From Lysobacterales bacterium (lineage in GTDB: Bacteria > Pseudomonadota > Gammaproteobacteria > Xanthomonadales > Xanthomonadaceae), in NCBI GenBank assembly GCA_019510125.1, contig JAEKKX010000005.1, forward strand, positions 46,009 to 110,008: a stretch of DNA of 64,000 nucleotides, written 5' to 3'. The number at the start of each line of letters is the position of its first letter. Positions within the stretch are counted from its first letter, which is position 1. The translations under genes were made by a program, and so were the position numbers. The notes beneath the pieces were generated by a model, which saw nothing but the letters and a program-made list of their open reading frames with translations, made no database searches and was not told where the DNA came from. Of this stretch, positions 1 to 11,011 are shown piece by piece.

Positions 1-1106
1 ACCAGCCGGTGCTCGCCCAGCTCGGCCCAGCGCTGGGCCAGGTACGGGGCGACCTCGGTGCGTGCGCGATCGACGATGCCCTCCTCCTGCAGGATGCGGA
101 TGTTCTCCAGCGCCACCGCGGTGCAGACCGGGTGGCCGGAATAGGTGCAGCCGTGGGCCAGTTCGCCGCCCTGGGCCTTGAGCACCCCGGCGACGCGGTC
201 GTTGAACATGGCCGCGCCCAGCGGGATGTAGCCGGAGGTGATGCCCTTGGCGAGGGTCATCACGTCGGGGGTGATCCCGAAGTACTGCGAACCGAACCAC
301 TCGCCGGTGCGGCCGAAGCCGCAGATCACCTCGTCGGCGACCAGCAGCACGTCGTACCGGCGGCAGATCCGTTCGATCTCCGGCCAGTAGGTCATCGGCG
401 GGATGTAGACGCCGATCGCGCCCATGATCGGCTCGCCGATGAAGGCGGCGACCCGCTCCGGTCCCAGTTCGAGGATCTTCGCCTCCAGCCGGCGCGCGGC
501 GACCAGGCCGTACTCCTCGGGCGAGAGGTCGCCGCCGTCGGCGAACCAGAACGGCGGGTCGATGTGGTGGATGTCGGGGATCGGCAGCCCGCCCTGCCTG
601 TGCATGCCGGCCATGCCGCCGAGGCTGGCGCCAGCCATGGTGGTGCCGTGGTAGCCGTTGTGGCGGCCGATGAAGATGTTCTTCTCCGGCTTGTCCTGCA
701 CCGCCCAGAAGTGGCGGACGAGGCGCAGGATGGTGTCGTTCGCCTCGGAACCGGAGTTGGTGAAGAAGGCGTGATCGAGGTCGCCGGGGGTCAGCTCGGC
801 GAGCTTGGCCGACAGCTCGATCGTCGGTTCGACCGTGCACTGGAAGAAGCTGTTGTAGTAGGCCAGCCGGTCCATCTGCCGGCGGGCGGCCTCGCCCAGC
901 TCCGGGCGGCCGTAGCCGAGGTTCACGCACCACAGCCCGGCGAAGGCGTCGAGCAGCTTGTGGCCCTCGGCGTCCCAGACGTAGGCGCCCTCGCCCTTGA
1001 CGAGGATGCGGGTGCCCTTCTTCGCCAGCGCGGCGTTGTCGTTGAACGGGTGCAGGTGGTGCTCGGCGTCGAGCTGCTGCAGGCGGACGATGTCGGCGTG
1101 GTCCAT
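1..1106 (-). CDS. Class-III PLP aminotransferase (putrescine/omega-amino acid:pyruvate aminotransferase, SpuC-like); 3' end lies outside the window
   Basis: Own minus-strand translation from the ATG at 1104-1106 gives MDHADIVRLQQLDAEHHLHPFNDNAALAKKGTRILVKGEGAYVWDAEGHKLLDAFAGLWCVNLGYGRPEL ... YDVLLVADEVICGFGRTGEWFG ... MTLAKGITSGYIPL. These are typical class-III aminotransferase motifs, including the PLP-Lys region. The frame is open to the window edge, so it is absent from the ORF track. Plus-strand ORF 9..1166 is its antisense shadow. Confidence 0.85.
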   Translation of the reverse strand, partial: MDHADIVRLQQLDAEHHLHPFNDNAALAKKGTRILVKGEGAYVWDAEGHKLLDAFAGLWCVNLGYGRPELGEAARRQMDRLAYYNSFFQCTVEPTIELSAKLAELTPGDLDHAFFTNSGSEANDTILRLVRHFWAVQDKPEKNIFIGRHNGYHGTTMAGASLGGMAGMHRQGGLPIPDIHHIDPPFWFADGGDLSPEEYGLVAARRLEAKILELGPERVAAFIGEPIMGAIGVYIPPMTYWPEIERICRRYDVLLVADEVICGFGRTGEWFGSQYFGITPDVMTLAKGITSGYIPLGAAMFNDRVAGVLKAQGGELAHGCTYSGHPVCTAVALENIRILQEEGIVDRARTEVAPYLAQRWAELGEHRL

Positions 1107-1125
1107 GGAGGCTCCGGCGGATGGG

Positions 1126-2559
1126 TCAGACGTTCAACAGCAGGAACTCGCGCTCCCAGGAGCTGATGACGCGGAAGAAGGTTTCGTATTCCTTGCGCTT
1201 GACCGAGATGTAGGCGCGGACGAACCGCGGGCCCATCAGCTCGTGCAGCGGGGTGCAGGTCTCGAGCGCATCGAGCGCCTGCCCCAGCGAACGCGGCAGC
1301 TCGAAGCCCACGTCCTGGGCGCTGGTCGCCAGCGGCGCGGTCGGTTCGAGCTTGCCGCGCAGGCCCAGCAGGCCGCAGGCCAGGGTCGCGGCCATGGCCA
1401 GGTAGGGATTGGCGTCGGACCCGGCGAAGCGGCTCTCGACCCGGGTGTTCTCCGGCGTGTCCATCGGCACGCGCAGGCCGCAGGTGCGGTTGTCGAAGCC
1501 CCACTGCACGTTGATCGGCGCGACCTGCCCCAGCGCGAGGCGGCGATAGGAGTTCACGTTCGGCCCGAGGAACGCCATCGCCTTCGGCACGTAGCGCTGC
1601 AGGCCGCCGAGGTAGTGCTCGAACACCCGGCTGTGCTTGCGCTCGCCGCGCGCGGCGAACACGTTGCGCCCGGTCTTCGCGTCGACCACGCTCTGGTGGA
1701 TGTGCATCGCGCTGCCGGGCTCGTTCTCCATCGGCTTGGCGAGGAAGGTCGCGTACACGCCGTGGCGCAGCGCGGCCTCGCGCATGGTCCGCTTGAACAG
1801 GAACACCTGGTCGGCGCGCGACATCGCGTCGGCATGGATGAAGTTGACCTCGAGCTGCGCGGCGCCGGATTCGTGGATCAGCGTATCCACGTCCAGCTCC
1901 ATCGCGTCGCTGTAGTCGTACATCAGGTCGAGGATCGGGTCGAACTCGTTGACCGCGTCGATCGAGTACGACTGGCGCGCGGTCTCCGGGCGGCCCGAGC
2001 GGCCGGCCGGCGGCTGCAGCGGGAAGTCCGGGTCGGTGTTCTTCTGCACCAGGAAGAACTCCACCTCCGGCGCGACCACCGGCCGCAGGCCCTCGGCGGC
2101 GTAGGCGTCGAGCACCCGCTTGAGCACGTTGCGCGGGGCCAGTTCGTGGCGCTCGCCGTCCTTGGTGTAGCAGTCGTGGATGACCTGCGCGGTCGGATCG
2201 GTGGCCCAGGGCACCAGCCGCACCGTGTCCGGGTCCGGCCGCAGCAGCATGTCGGCGTCGGACGGCGTGGTCAGGTCGTAGTAGTCGTCGGGGTAATCGC
2301 CGGTGACGGTGGTCGCGAAGATGCCCTCGGGCAGCCGCGTGCCGTAGTCGTGCGAGAACTTGTCGGCGGGGATGATCTTGCCCCGGGCGTTGCCGGTCAT
2401 GTCCGGCACCAGGCACTCGACCTCGGTGATGCGCCGGTCCTTGAGCCAGCGCAGCAGCGCGTGTTCGCCGGCGGCGGCGGATGCGCCGGCGCGCCCGCCG
2501 CGCTGCGCCGAGCGCTTGCGGGCGGCGGTGGTCGTGCCTGTGGTCTTCTTGCGAGTCAT
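1126..2559 (-). CDS. puuA: Glutamine synthetase family protein, gamma-glutamylpolyamine (gamma-glutamylputrescine) synthetase type
   Basis: The 477-aa ORF has type-III GS/PuuA-like motifs (VAPEVEFFL, SAMHIHQS, NSYRRL, NRTCGLRVP, ESRFAGSDANPYL). It sits between an aminotransferase and a puuD-like gene. Confidence 0.85.
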   Translation of the reverse strand: MTRKKTTGTTTAARKRSAQRGGRAGASAAAGEHALLRWLKDRRITEVECLVPDMTGNARGKIIPADKFSHDYGTRLPEGIFATTVTGDYPDDYYDLTTPSDADMLLRPDPDTVRLVPWATDPTAQVIHDCYTKDGERHELAPRNVLKRVLDAYAAEGLRPVVAPEVEFFLVQKNTDPDFPLQPPAGRSGRPETARQSYSIDAVNEFDPILDLMYDYSDAMELDVDTLIHESGAAQLEVNFIHADAMSRADQVFLFKRTMREAALRHGVYATFLAKPMENEPGSAMHIHQSVVDAKTGRNVFAARGERKHSRVFEHYLGGLQRYVPKAMAFLGPNVNSYRRLALGQVAPINVQWGFDNRTCGLRVPMDTPENTRVESRFAGSDANPYLAMAATLACGLLGLRGKLEPTAPLATSAQDVGFELPRSLGQALDALETCTPLHELMGPRFVRAYISVKRKEYETFFRVISSWEREFLLLNV

Positions 2560-2563
2560 GGCG

Positions 2564-3331
2564 TCATCCTAGCCGCTGCAAGGCGCGTTGTCGGCAGGCG
2601 TCGCCGAAGGCGCGGAAGATGCCGAGATAGAACGGGTCCTCGACGACGCGCCACTCCGGATGCCACTGCACCGCGAGCAGGAAACCGCCGCCGTCGCGGC
2701 GATAGGCCTCGACCAGACCGTCCGGCGCGGTGGCCTCGACCACCAGCCCGTCGCCCAGGCGCGCGACGCCCTGCCCGTGCAGCGAGTTCACGCGCGCCCG
2801 CGACCCGCCGGCGATGCCCGCGAGCAGGCCGCCGGGCGCGAGCGCGATCTCGTGCGCAGGCGCGTACTGCACCTCGAGCGGCTCGCCGGTGTCCTCGCGA
2901 TGGTCGAGCATGCCGGCGACCTCGTGGACCTTCTGGTGCAGGCGGCCGCCGAAGGCGACGTTGACCTCCTGGAAGCCGCGGCAGATGGCGAGGATCGGCA
3001 GGCCGAGTTCGACCGCCAGCGGAATCAGGGCCAGGGTGTTGGCGTCGCGGGCCGGGTCGTGGAGGTTGCCTTCCCAGCTCGGCTCGTCCGAATAATGATG
3101 CGGCTCGATGTTGCTCGTCGCGCCGGTCAGCAGCAGCCCGTCCAGGCCTTCGAGCGTCTGCCGCAGGCCGACCGGCGGCTGCAGGCCCGGCAGCAGCAGC
3201 GGCAGGCAGCCGGCGCCGTCGACCACCGCCCGGACGTATTTCTCGCCCACCGCCAGGAACGGATGCGGCCCGATCGTCTTCCGGTCGGTCGGCAGACCGA
3301 CCAAGGGCATCCGGGGGGCGGAATCGGGCAT
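2564..3331 (-). CDS. puuD: Gamma-glutamyl-gamma-aminobutyrate hydrolase (class-I glutamine amidotransferase, peptidase C26)
   Basis: This is the C-terminal 255 aa of track ORF 2564..3763, starting at the internal ATG at 3331 (MPDSAPRMPLVGLP...). Motifs ILAICRGFQ (nucleophile Cys) and AVQWHPE fit the family. The upstream part of the ORF is an Arg/Ser-rich shadow. An alternative start is at 3310. Confidence 0.85.
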   Translation of the reverse strand: MPDSAPRMPLVGLPTDRKTIGPHPFLAVGEKYVRAVVDGAGCLPLLLPGLQPPVGLRQTLEGLDGLLLTGATSNIEPHHYSDEPSWEGNLHDPARDANTLALIPLAVELGLPILAICRGFQEVNVAFGGRLHQKVHEVAGMLDHREDTGEPLEVQYAPAHEIALAPGGLLAGIAGGSRARVNSLHGQGVARLGDGLVVEATAPDGLVEAYRRDGGGFLLAVQWHPEWRVVEDPFYLGIFRAFGDACRQRALQRLG

Positions 3332-3548
3332 GCGCGACGCTCGTCGAGAGGTTCGTTGGCGTGTCCGCACGTTAACCGCGGCGTTCGATTTCTGCAACAG
3401 CACGTCCGCACGCGGGTCCGGAAATCCGTGATTGCTGCGCCGCACCACCCACATTTTGCGGTTTTCCGAGGATTCGTGGCAGGATGTGCGTTGAGTATTA
3501 TTGACGCCTACCGAGCCAGGTTCATTGCTGTCACACTGCCGCCCGCTC

Positions 3549-4931
3549 ATGAACGCCTCCCTCGCCATGCCCCAGAACCTGACGCCCGACGACCTGCTGG
3601 CCCTGCAGCAGGCGCCCGACTGCGAACAGATCGACCTGCTGCTGCCGGACATGAACGGCCTCCTCCGCGGCAAGCGCATCGCGCGCAGCGCCCTGGAGAA
3701 GGTGTACGCCGACGGCGTCTGCCTGCCGATGTCGCTGATCGCCACCGACATCACCGGCAACACCGTCGAGGAGACCGGGCTGGGCTACGACATCGGCGAC
3801 GAGGACCGGATCTGCCGGCCCATCCCCGGCACCCTGCGTCCGATCCCGTGGTCGCCGCGGCCGATGGCGCAGGTGCTGCTCGGCATGGAGGACGCCGGCG
3901 GCGGCATGTTCGAGGCCAATCCGCGCGAGGTCCTCAAGCGCGTGCTGGCCCGCTACGCCGCGCACGGCCTGCGCCCGGTGGTGGCGGTGGAGCTGGAGTT
4001 CTACCTGTTCGATCCCCTGCCCGACGCCCACGGCCGGCCGCAGCCGCCGGTCAACGCCTACACCGGCGCCCGCAACACCAGCACGCAGGTCTACTACATC
4101 GAGGACCTGGACGATTTCCGGCCCTTCATCGACGGCGTGGCCGCCGCCTGCCGCGCGCAGGGCATCCCGGCCGACACCGCGGTGGCCGAATACGCGCCCG
4201 GCCAGTTCGAGATCAACCTCAAGCACCGCGACGACGCCCTGCTCGCCTGCGACGACGCGGTCTACCTCAAGCGCGCGATCAAGGCGGTGGCGCGGCAGCA
4301 GGGCCACCAGGCCAGCTTCATGGCGAAACCGCTCGCCGACCAGGCCGGCAGCGGCCTGCACGTCCACGCCAGCGTGCTCGACCGCGACGGCCGCAACATC
4401 TTCGCCTGCACCCCCGACAAGCCCGCCGACGCCCTGCGCCACGCGGTCGGCGGCCTGCAGCGCTGCGCGAAGGACTGCCTGCTGCTGTTCGCGCCCAACG
4501 CCAACAGCTACCGCCGCTTCGTGCTCAATGCGTTCGTGCCGCTGAACGAGGTCTGGGGCTTCAACAACCGCACCGTCGCCATGCGCATCCCGCACAGCGA
4601 CGAGAAGAACACCCGCATCGAGCACCGGATCGCCGGTGCCGACGCCAACGTCTACCTCGCGACCGCGGCGGTGCTGGCCGGCATGCTCGAAGGCATCGAA
4701 CGCGGCCACGACCCGGGCGCGCCGATCGTCGGCAACGCCTACGACCAGACCGAGGTCCGCACCCCGTACTGGCGCGACGCGATCGCCGACTTCATGGCCA
4801 GCGACTTCATCGCCCGCAGCTTCGGCGAGACCTTCCGCCACATCTACGGCCAGCAGAAGCTCAAGGAACTCCACACCTTCTATCGCGAGGTCACCTCGCT
4901 GGAATACGAGTGGTACCTGCGGTCGGTGTGA
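3549..4931 (+). CDS. Second glutamine synthetase family protein (gamma-glutamylpolyamine synthetase paralog)
   Basis: The ORF starts at ATG 3549 (MNASLAMPQNL...). It carries VAVELEFYLF, SGLHVHAS, NSYRRF, NRTVAMRIP and EHRIAGADANVYL. It is divergent from puuD and followed by a puuB-like gene. Confidence 0.85.
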   Translation: MNASLAMPQNLTPDDLLALQQAPDCEQIDLLLPDMNGLLRGKRIARSALEKVYADGVCLPMSLIATDITGNTVEETGLGYDIGDEDRICRPIPGTLRPIPWSPRPMAQVLLGMEDAGGGMFEANPREVLKRVLARYAAHGLRPVVAVELEFYLFDPLPDAHGRPQPPVNAYTGARNTSTQVYYIEDLDDFRPFIDGVAAACRAQGIPADTAVAEYAPGQFEINLKHRDDALLACDDAVYLKRAIKAVARQQGHQASFMAKPLADQAGSGLHVHASVLDRDGRNIFACTPDKPADALRHAVGGLQRCAKDCLLLFAPNANSYRRFVLNAFVPLNEVWGFNNRTVAMRIPHSDEKNTRIEHRIAGADANVYLATAAVLAGMLEGIERGHDPGAPIVGNAYDQTEVRTPYWRDAIADFMASDFIARSFGETFRHIYGQQKLKELHTFYREVTSLEYEWYLRSV

Positions 4932-4971
4932 GCCCGGCCGCGTCCGTCCCGGCACAGCGAGGAACCGGCCG

Positions 4972-6264
4972 TTGACCCAAGCGTCCCCGTCCCCCTACCC
5001 GCCGAGCTGGTACGCCGCCAGCACCGACCCGCTGCCGCCGCAGCCGCGGCTGGAAGGCGACGTCGAGACCGACGTCTGCGTCCTCGGCGCCGGTTACGTG
5101 GGCCTGTCGGCGGCGCTGGAACTCGCCGAGGCCGGTTACCGGGTCGTGGTGCTGGAGGCGCAGCGCGTCGGCTGGGGCGCGTCGGGCCGCAACGGCGGCC
5201 AGGTGATCTTCGGGTTCGGCTGCGGCGAGGCGAAGCTGGCCGCGCTGCTCGGCAGGGACGACGCCCGCCGGCTGTTCGACTGGTCGCGTGAAGGCGTGCA
5301 GTTGATCCACGAACGCCGCGGCCGCTACGCGATCGACTGCGACTGGCGCGACGGCCACATGCACGTCGCGATCAAGCCCCGCCACGTCGCCGAACTGCAG
5401 GCCTGGCAGCGCGAACTCGAACGCGACTACGCCTACCCGCTGCCGTGGTGGGATCGCGAGCGGCTGCGCGCGGAACTCGACTCGCCGCGCTACCTCGGCG
5501 GCCTCTACGACGCCCGCTCCGGCCACCTGCATCCGCTGAAATACGCGTTGGGCCTCGGCCGCGCCGCGCTCGCCGCCGGGGTAAGGATCTTCGAGGGCAG
5601 CCCGGTGCTGTCGATCGAACACGGCGCGGCGCCGGTCCTGCGCACCGCGCACGGCCAGGTGCGCTGCGACTTCGCCGTGCTCGCCGGCAACGCGCTGGTC
5701 AGGGGCGTGGCCCCGGCGCTGGACCGCAAGATCATGCCGGTCGGCACCTACATCGCCGCCACCCGACCGCTGGGCGAGGACCGTGCCCGCGCCCTGATCC
5801 GCAACGACATGGCCGTGGCCGACGTGAACTGGGCGCTGGACTACTTCCGCCTGTCCGCCGACCACCGGCTGCTGTTCGGCGGCCGCGCCAGCTACTCCAA
5901 CTTCCAGCCGCCCAACCTGTCCTGGGTGATGGCGCGGCGCATGCACAAGGTGTTCCCGCAGCTCGGCGGCGAGCCGTTCGAGCACGTCTGGGGCGGCACC
6001 ATCGACATCAGCCTGAACCGCGCCCCGCACTGGGGCCGGATCGGCCGCGGCAACGTCTATTTCGCGCAGGGCTTCTCCGGGCACGGCGTCGCCGCCGCCG
6101 GACTGGCCGGCCGGATCGTCGCCGAGGCCATCCGCGGGCAGAGCGAGCGCCTCGACGTGTTCGCCCGGATCCCGCACCGCGACTTCCCCGGCGGCCGCGC
6201 TTTCCGCACCCCGCTGCTGGTCGCCGCGATGGCCTGGTACAAGCTGCGCGACGCCCTGTGGTGA
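4972..6264 (+). CDS. puuB: FAD-dependent oxidoreductase, gamma-glutamylputrescine oxidase type
   Basis: An in-frame TTG at 4972 is preceded by GAGGAA at 4959-4964. The dinucleotide-binding motif DVCVLGAGYVGLSAALELAEAG is present. The length of about 430 aa and the DAO-family C-terminal motif GFSGHGV fit this family. The first 112 codons of the track ORF overlap the preceding gene and are discarded. Confidence 0.8.
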   Translation: MTQASPSPYPPSWYAASTDPLPPQPRLEGDVETDVCVLGAGYVGLSAALELAEAGYRVVVLEAQRVGWGASGRNGGQVIFGFGCGEAKLAALLGRDDARRLFDWSREGVQLIHERRGRYAIDCDWRDGHMHVAIKPRHVAELQAWQRELERDYAYPLPWWDRERLRAELDSPRYLGGLYDARSGHLHPLKYALGLGRAALAAGVRIFEGSPVLSIEHGAAPVLRTAHGQVRCDFAVLAGNALVRGVAPALDRKIMPVGTYIAATRPLGEDRARALIRNDMAVADVNWALDYFRLSADHRLLFGGRASYSNFQPPNLSWVMARRMHKVFPQLGGEPFEHVWGGTIDISLNRAPHWGRIGRGNVYFAQGFSGHGVAAAGLAGRIVAEAIRGQSERLDVFARIPHRDFPGGRAFRTPLLVAAMAWYKLRDALW

Positions 6265-6314
6265 GCGCGTCCTGGCGTCCCGCGCGGGCGCATGAAAATT
6301 CCGTTCACGAATGC

Positions 6315-6343
6315 TTGACGACCCCCGGGCGCGTCTCTAGAAT
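6315..6343 (+). promoter_or_regulatory. Sigma-70 type promoter for the tRNA-Ala/tRNA-Glu pair
   Basis: TTGACG (6315-6320), exact 17-nt spacer, TAGAAT (6338-6343). The -10 element ends 18 nt upstream of the tRNA-Ala 5' end. Confidence 0.6.
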
Positions 6344-6361
6344 GCCGCCTCTCCAGCAAGT

Positions 6362-6437
6362 GGGGCCATAGCTCAGCTGGGAGAGCGCCTGCATGGCATG
6401 CAGGAGGTCGCCGGTTCGATCCCGGCTGGCTCCACCA
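6362..6437 (+). tRNA. tRNA-Ala (anticodon GGC)
   Basis: A 76-nt cloverleaf was folded by hand. It has acceptor stem GGGGCCA/TGGCTCC with the G3:U70 alanine identity pair, anticodon loop ATGGCAT, a TTCGATC T-loop and an encoded CCA. Confidence 0.95.
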
Positions 6438-6485
6438 ACTTCCGAACCACCCAGGCCGGTTCGCGAAGGCACGAAGTTCCACGAC

Positions 6486-6561
6486 GTCCCCATCGTCTAG
6501 AGGCCTAGGACATTACCCTTTCACGGTAGCGACCGGGGTTCGAATCCCCGTGGGGACGCCA
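6486..6561 (+). tRNA. tRNA-Glu (anticodon TTC)
   Basis: A 76-nt cloverleaf with acceptor stem GTCCCCA/TGGGGAC, anticodon loop CTTTCAC, a TTCGAAT T-loop and an encoded CCA. Confidence 0.95.
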
Positions 6562-6570
6562 ATTGATCAA

Positions 6571-6608
6571 CGACGCAGGGCCGCCGAAAGGCGGCCCTGC
6601 GTCGTTTT
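6571..6608 (+). terminator. Rho-independent terminator after the tRNA pair
   Basis: A perfect 15-bp stem cgacgcagggccgcc / ggcggccctgcgtcg with a gaaa loop, followed by TTTT (6605-6608). Confidence 0.85.
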
Positions 6609-6663
6609 GCACACCCTACCGGTGCTTTACGCTTGAGACCGCGCTTCATCGGATGTCGATGTC

Positions 6664-6900
6664 ATGCACGGAAAGATGACCAAGGCGGAAGTCCGGCGAC
6701 GGTTCCCGGCGTTGCTCGCCGCGTGGCGTGCATTGCCTGAAAATTCGCGAATCGAGGAGCAGGCACTGCGATTCAGCGACTTCTTCTCGTGGCTGAAGGA
6801 ACACCATCCTACGGCGACGAAGTTCCGTTCGGTCATGGGCGCCGAAGAAGATCTCGAACAGTGGTTCGACTTCGCCACGCATCAAGGCTGGCGGAATTAG
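6664..6900 (+). CDS. Small hypothetical protein (78 aa), no family recognised
   Basis: It is the only non-shadow ORF in a visibly lower-GC patch (about 6610-6990) next to the tRNA genes. Its composition is balanced (K, E, F, W rich) rather than the Arg/Ala/Pro bias of shadow ORFs. Confidence 0.4.
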   Translation: MHGKMTKAEVRRRFPALLAAWRALPENSRIEEQALRFSDFFSWLKEHHPTATKFRSVMGAEEDLEQWFDFATHQGWRN

Positions 6901-6995
6901 CGCGACGAGGCGGAACACGCACGGTCGCGTTTCGATACCGGTGTCGCGACCGCGCCGGAAATCGGCGCATGTGCGTTGTCTCGATGCGCCCTGCT

Positions 6996-7493
6996 TCAGG
7001 CGATGCGCGACACCGTCATCTCGTCCACATCCCCCACCCGCACCAGCGTCCCCACGCCGTGCCCGCGCTCGGCGAGGTACTGCAGCCACTTGCCGAGGAA
7101 GGTGTTCATGCGCAGGCGGTGGTCGAGGACTTCGGCCGGCGGCGGGTGCAGGCCGATGGCGTCCTGCCAGCGGCGGCCGATGTAGCAGTGCGTGGCCTCG
7201 ACCAGTTTCGCGTCGCGGTACAGGCGCAGGAAGGCGGACGGGTCGGGTTCGCCGGTCACCGGGTCGAGCAGCGCGTAGCTGAGCCGGTATTCGACGGTGT
7301 AGGCGTGGCGCGCGATGACTTCCAGGTGGAGGTCGAGGCCGTCGCCGACCGAGGAGACGTAGCGGCCCGTCTCCAGGTCGGCCGGCGCGAACAGCCGGTG
7401 CAGGCGCTGGTGGTTTTCGGCGTACAGCGCCATCAACCACGAGAACCGGTTGATCTTCTGGGCTTCGACGGGGCGGGAGACGACGTGCGACAT
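6996..7493 (-). CDS. DUF1249 (YqiB-like) family protein
   Basis: These are the last 165 codons of the giant track ORF 6996..11033, starting at ATG 7493 (MSHVVSRPVEAQKINRFSWLMALYAENHQRLHRL...). The sequence resembles the DUF1249/YqiB family. The family call is from memory. Confidence 0.65.
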   Translation of the reverse strand: MSHVVSRPVEAQKINRFSWLMALYAENHQRLHRLFAPADLETGRYVSSVGDGLDLHLEVIARHAYTVEYRLSYALLDPVTGEPDPSAFLRLYRDAKLVEATHCYIGRRWQDAIGLHPPPAEVLDHRLRMNTFLGKWLQYLAERGHGVGTLVRVGDVDEMTVSRIA

Positions 7494-7600
7494 GGACGGA
7501 TCGTACACAGCGCGCCGCTTTCGCAACAGGATTGACGCCCGCGGCCGGCGACGGCGATGATGGACGGGCCCATCGCGCCGCGGTCCGCAACCGACCGCCG

Positions 7601-8422
7601 TCAGAACATCTCGCGCTGGATCCCCAACGTCGTCATCACCTTGCCCGCGATCTCCTCGATCGAGGTGTGGGTCGTGCTGAGCGTGGGGATGCGCTCGGCC
7701 CGCAGCATCGCCTCGGCCGCCGCCACCTCGCGCCGGCAGGTCTCGAGCTGGGCGTAGCGGGAGTTCGGCCGCCGCTCCTGGCGGATCTGGGCCAGCCGCT
7801 CGGGGTCGATGGTCAGCCCGAACAGCTTGCGCCGGTGCGCGCGCAGCCGCGGCGGCAGGCGGTCGTGCTCCAGGTCCTCGTCGGTCAGCGGGTAGTTGGC
7901 GGCGCGGACTCCGTGGTGCAGCGCCAGGTAGACGCAGGTCGGGGTCTTGCCGGCGCGCGAGACGGCGACCAGGATCACGTCCGCCTCGTCGTAGTTGGTG
8001 GCGATGCCGTCGTCGTGGGTCAAAGCGAAGTTCATCGCGTTGATCCGGCGGTGGTAGCTGTCGAAATTCACCAGGCCGTGGGCGTGGCCCACCCTCGACT
8101 GGCGCTGCTCGCCCAGTTCGCGCTCCAGCGGTTCGATGAACGGCTCGAACACGTCCAGCATCAGCGCCCCGCTCTCGGCCAGGGCCGCGGTGAGGCGGGC
8201 GTCGACGCAGGAATTGACCACGATCGGGCGGCTGCCGCTGGCCTCGCCGGCGGCGCGGATGCGCGCGGCGGCCTCGGCGGCCTTCTCCGGGGTGTCCACG
8301 AACGGGATCCGGTCGGTGCGGAACTGGGTGTCCGCGAACTGGGTCAGCAGGCTGTGGCCGATGGTTTCGGCGGTGATGCCGGTGCCGTCGGAGACGTAGA
8401 ACACCGGGCGGGCGAGGCTCAT
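7601..8422 (-). CDS. ppsR: Phosphoenolpyruvate synthase regulatory protein (bifunctional kinase/pyrophosphorylase, DUF299)
   Basis: Starts at ATG 8422 ([29 protein letters not shown]...). The P-loop-like [16 protein letters not shown] motif is present. It is divergently adjacent to ppsA, the canonical arrangement. Confidence 0.9.
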   Translation of the reverse strand: MSLARPVFYVSDGTGITAETIGHSLLTQFADTQFRTDRIPFVDTPEKAAEAAARIRAAGEASGSRPIVVNSCVDARLTAALAESGALMLDVFEPFIEPLERELGEQRQSRVGHAHGLVNFDSYHRRINAMNFALTHDDGIATNYDEADVILVAVSRAGKTPTCVYLALHHGVRAANYPLTDEDLEHDRLPPRLRAHRRKLFGLTIDPERLAQIRQERRPNSRYAQLETCRREVAAAEAMLRAERIPTLSTTHTSIEEIAGKVMTTLGIQREMF

Positions 8423-8528
8423 GCGGGCTCCGTGAGGCGTCGGAAGAAGGTCGGGGGGCGGCGCGGGAGCCGGTGTTGTTAAAATACCGCTTTCGCCGGC
8501 CCTCTGCCGCGCCCGTCCGGAGCCCCCC

Positions 8529-10904
<2,376 letters not shown>

Positions 10905-11011
10905 AGCGGCGCGGACGGACGGAACCGTCGCGGACGCGCGCGCATCGCGCGTTTCGCGGCGGAACCACCGCGTCCGGCGACGGTCCAACGACGCTCTGCT
11001 AGGGTAACGGC

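Noticed and set aside
9-1166. 385-aa plus-strand ORF at the left edge
   Set aside because: It is antisense to a clearly recognisable class-III aminotransferase on the minus strand. Its composition is Ala/Gly/Arg/Val-biased, as expected for a high-GC shadow frame.
3332-3548. Sigma-54/NtrC-type control of the divergent polyamine promoters (TGGCAG...GCGTTGA at about 3478-3496)
   Set aside because: The spacing and the -12 element do not fit TGGCAC-N5-TTGC, and no TGCACC-N-GGTGCA NtrC-type palindrome is present.
6362-7000. Genomic island or prophage integrated at the tRNA pair
   Set aside because: No integrase or other mobile-element gene is present. There is no direct repeat of the tRNA 3' end within the following kilobases. 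Core genes (DUF1249, ppsR/ppsA) resume after about 400 bp.
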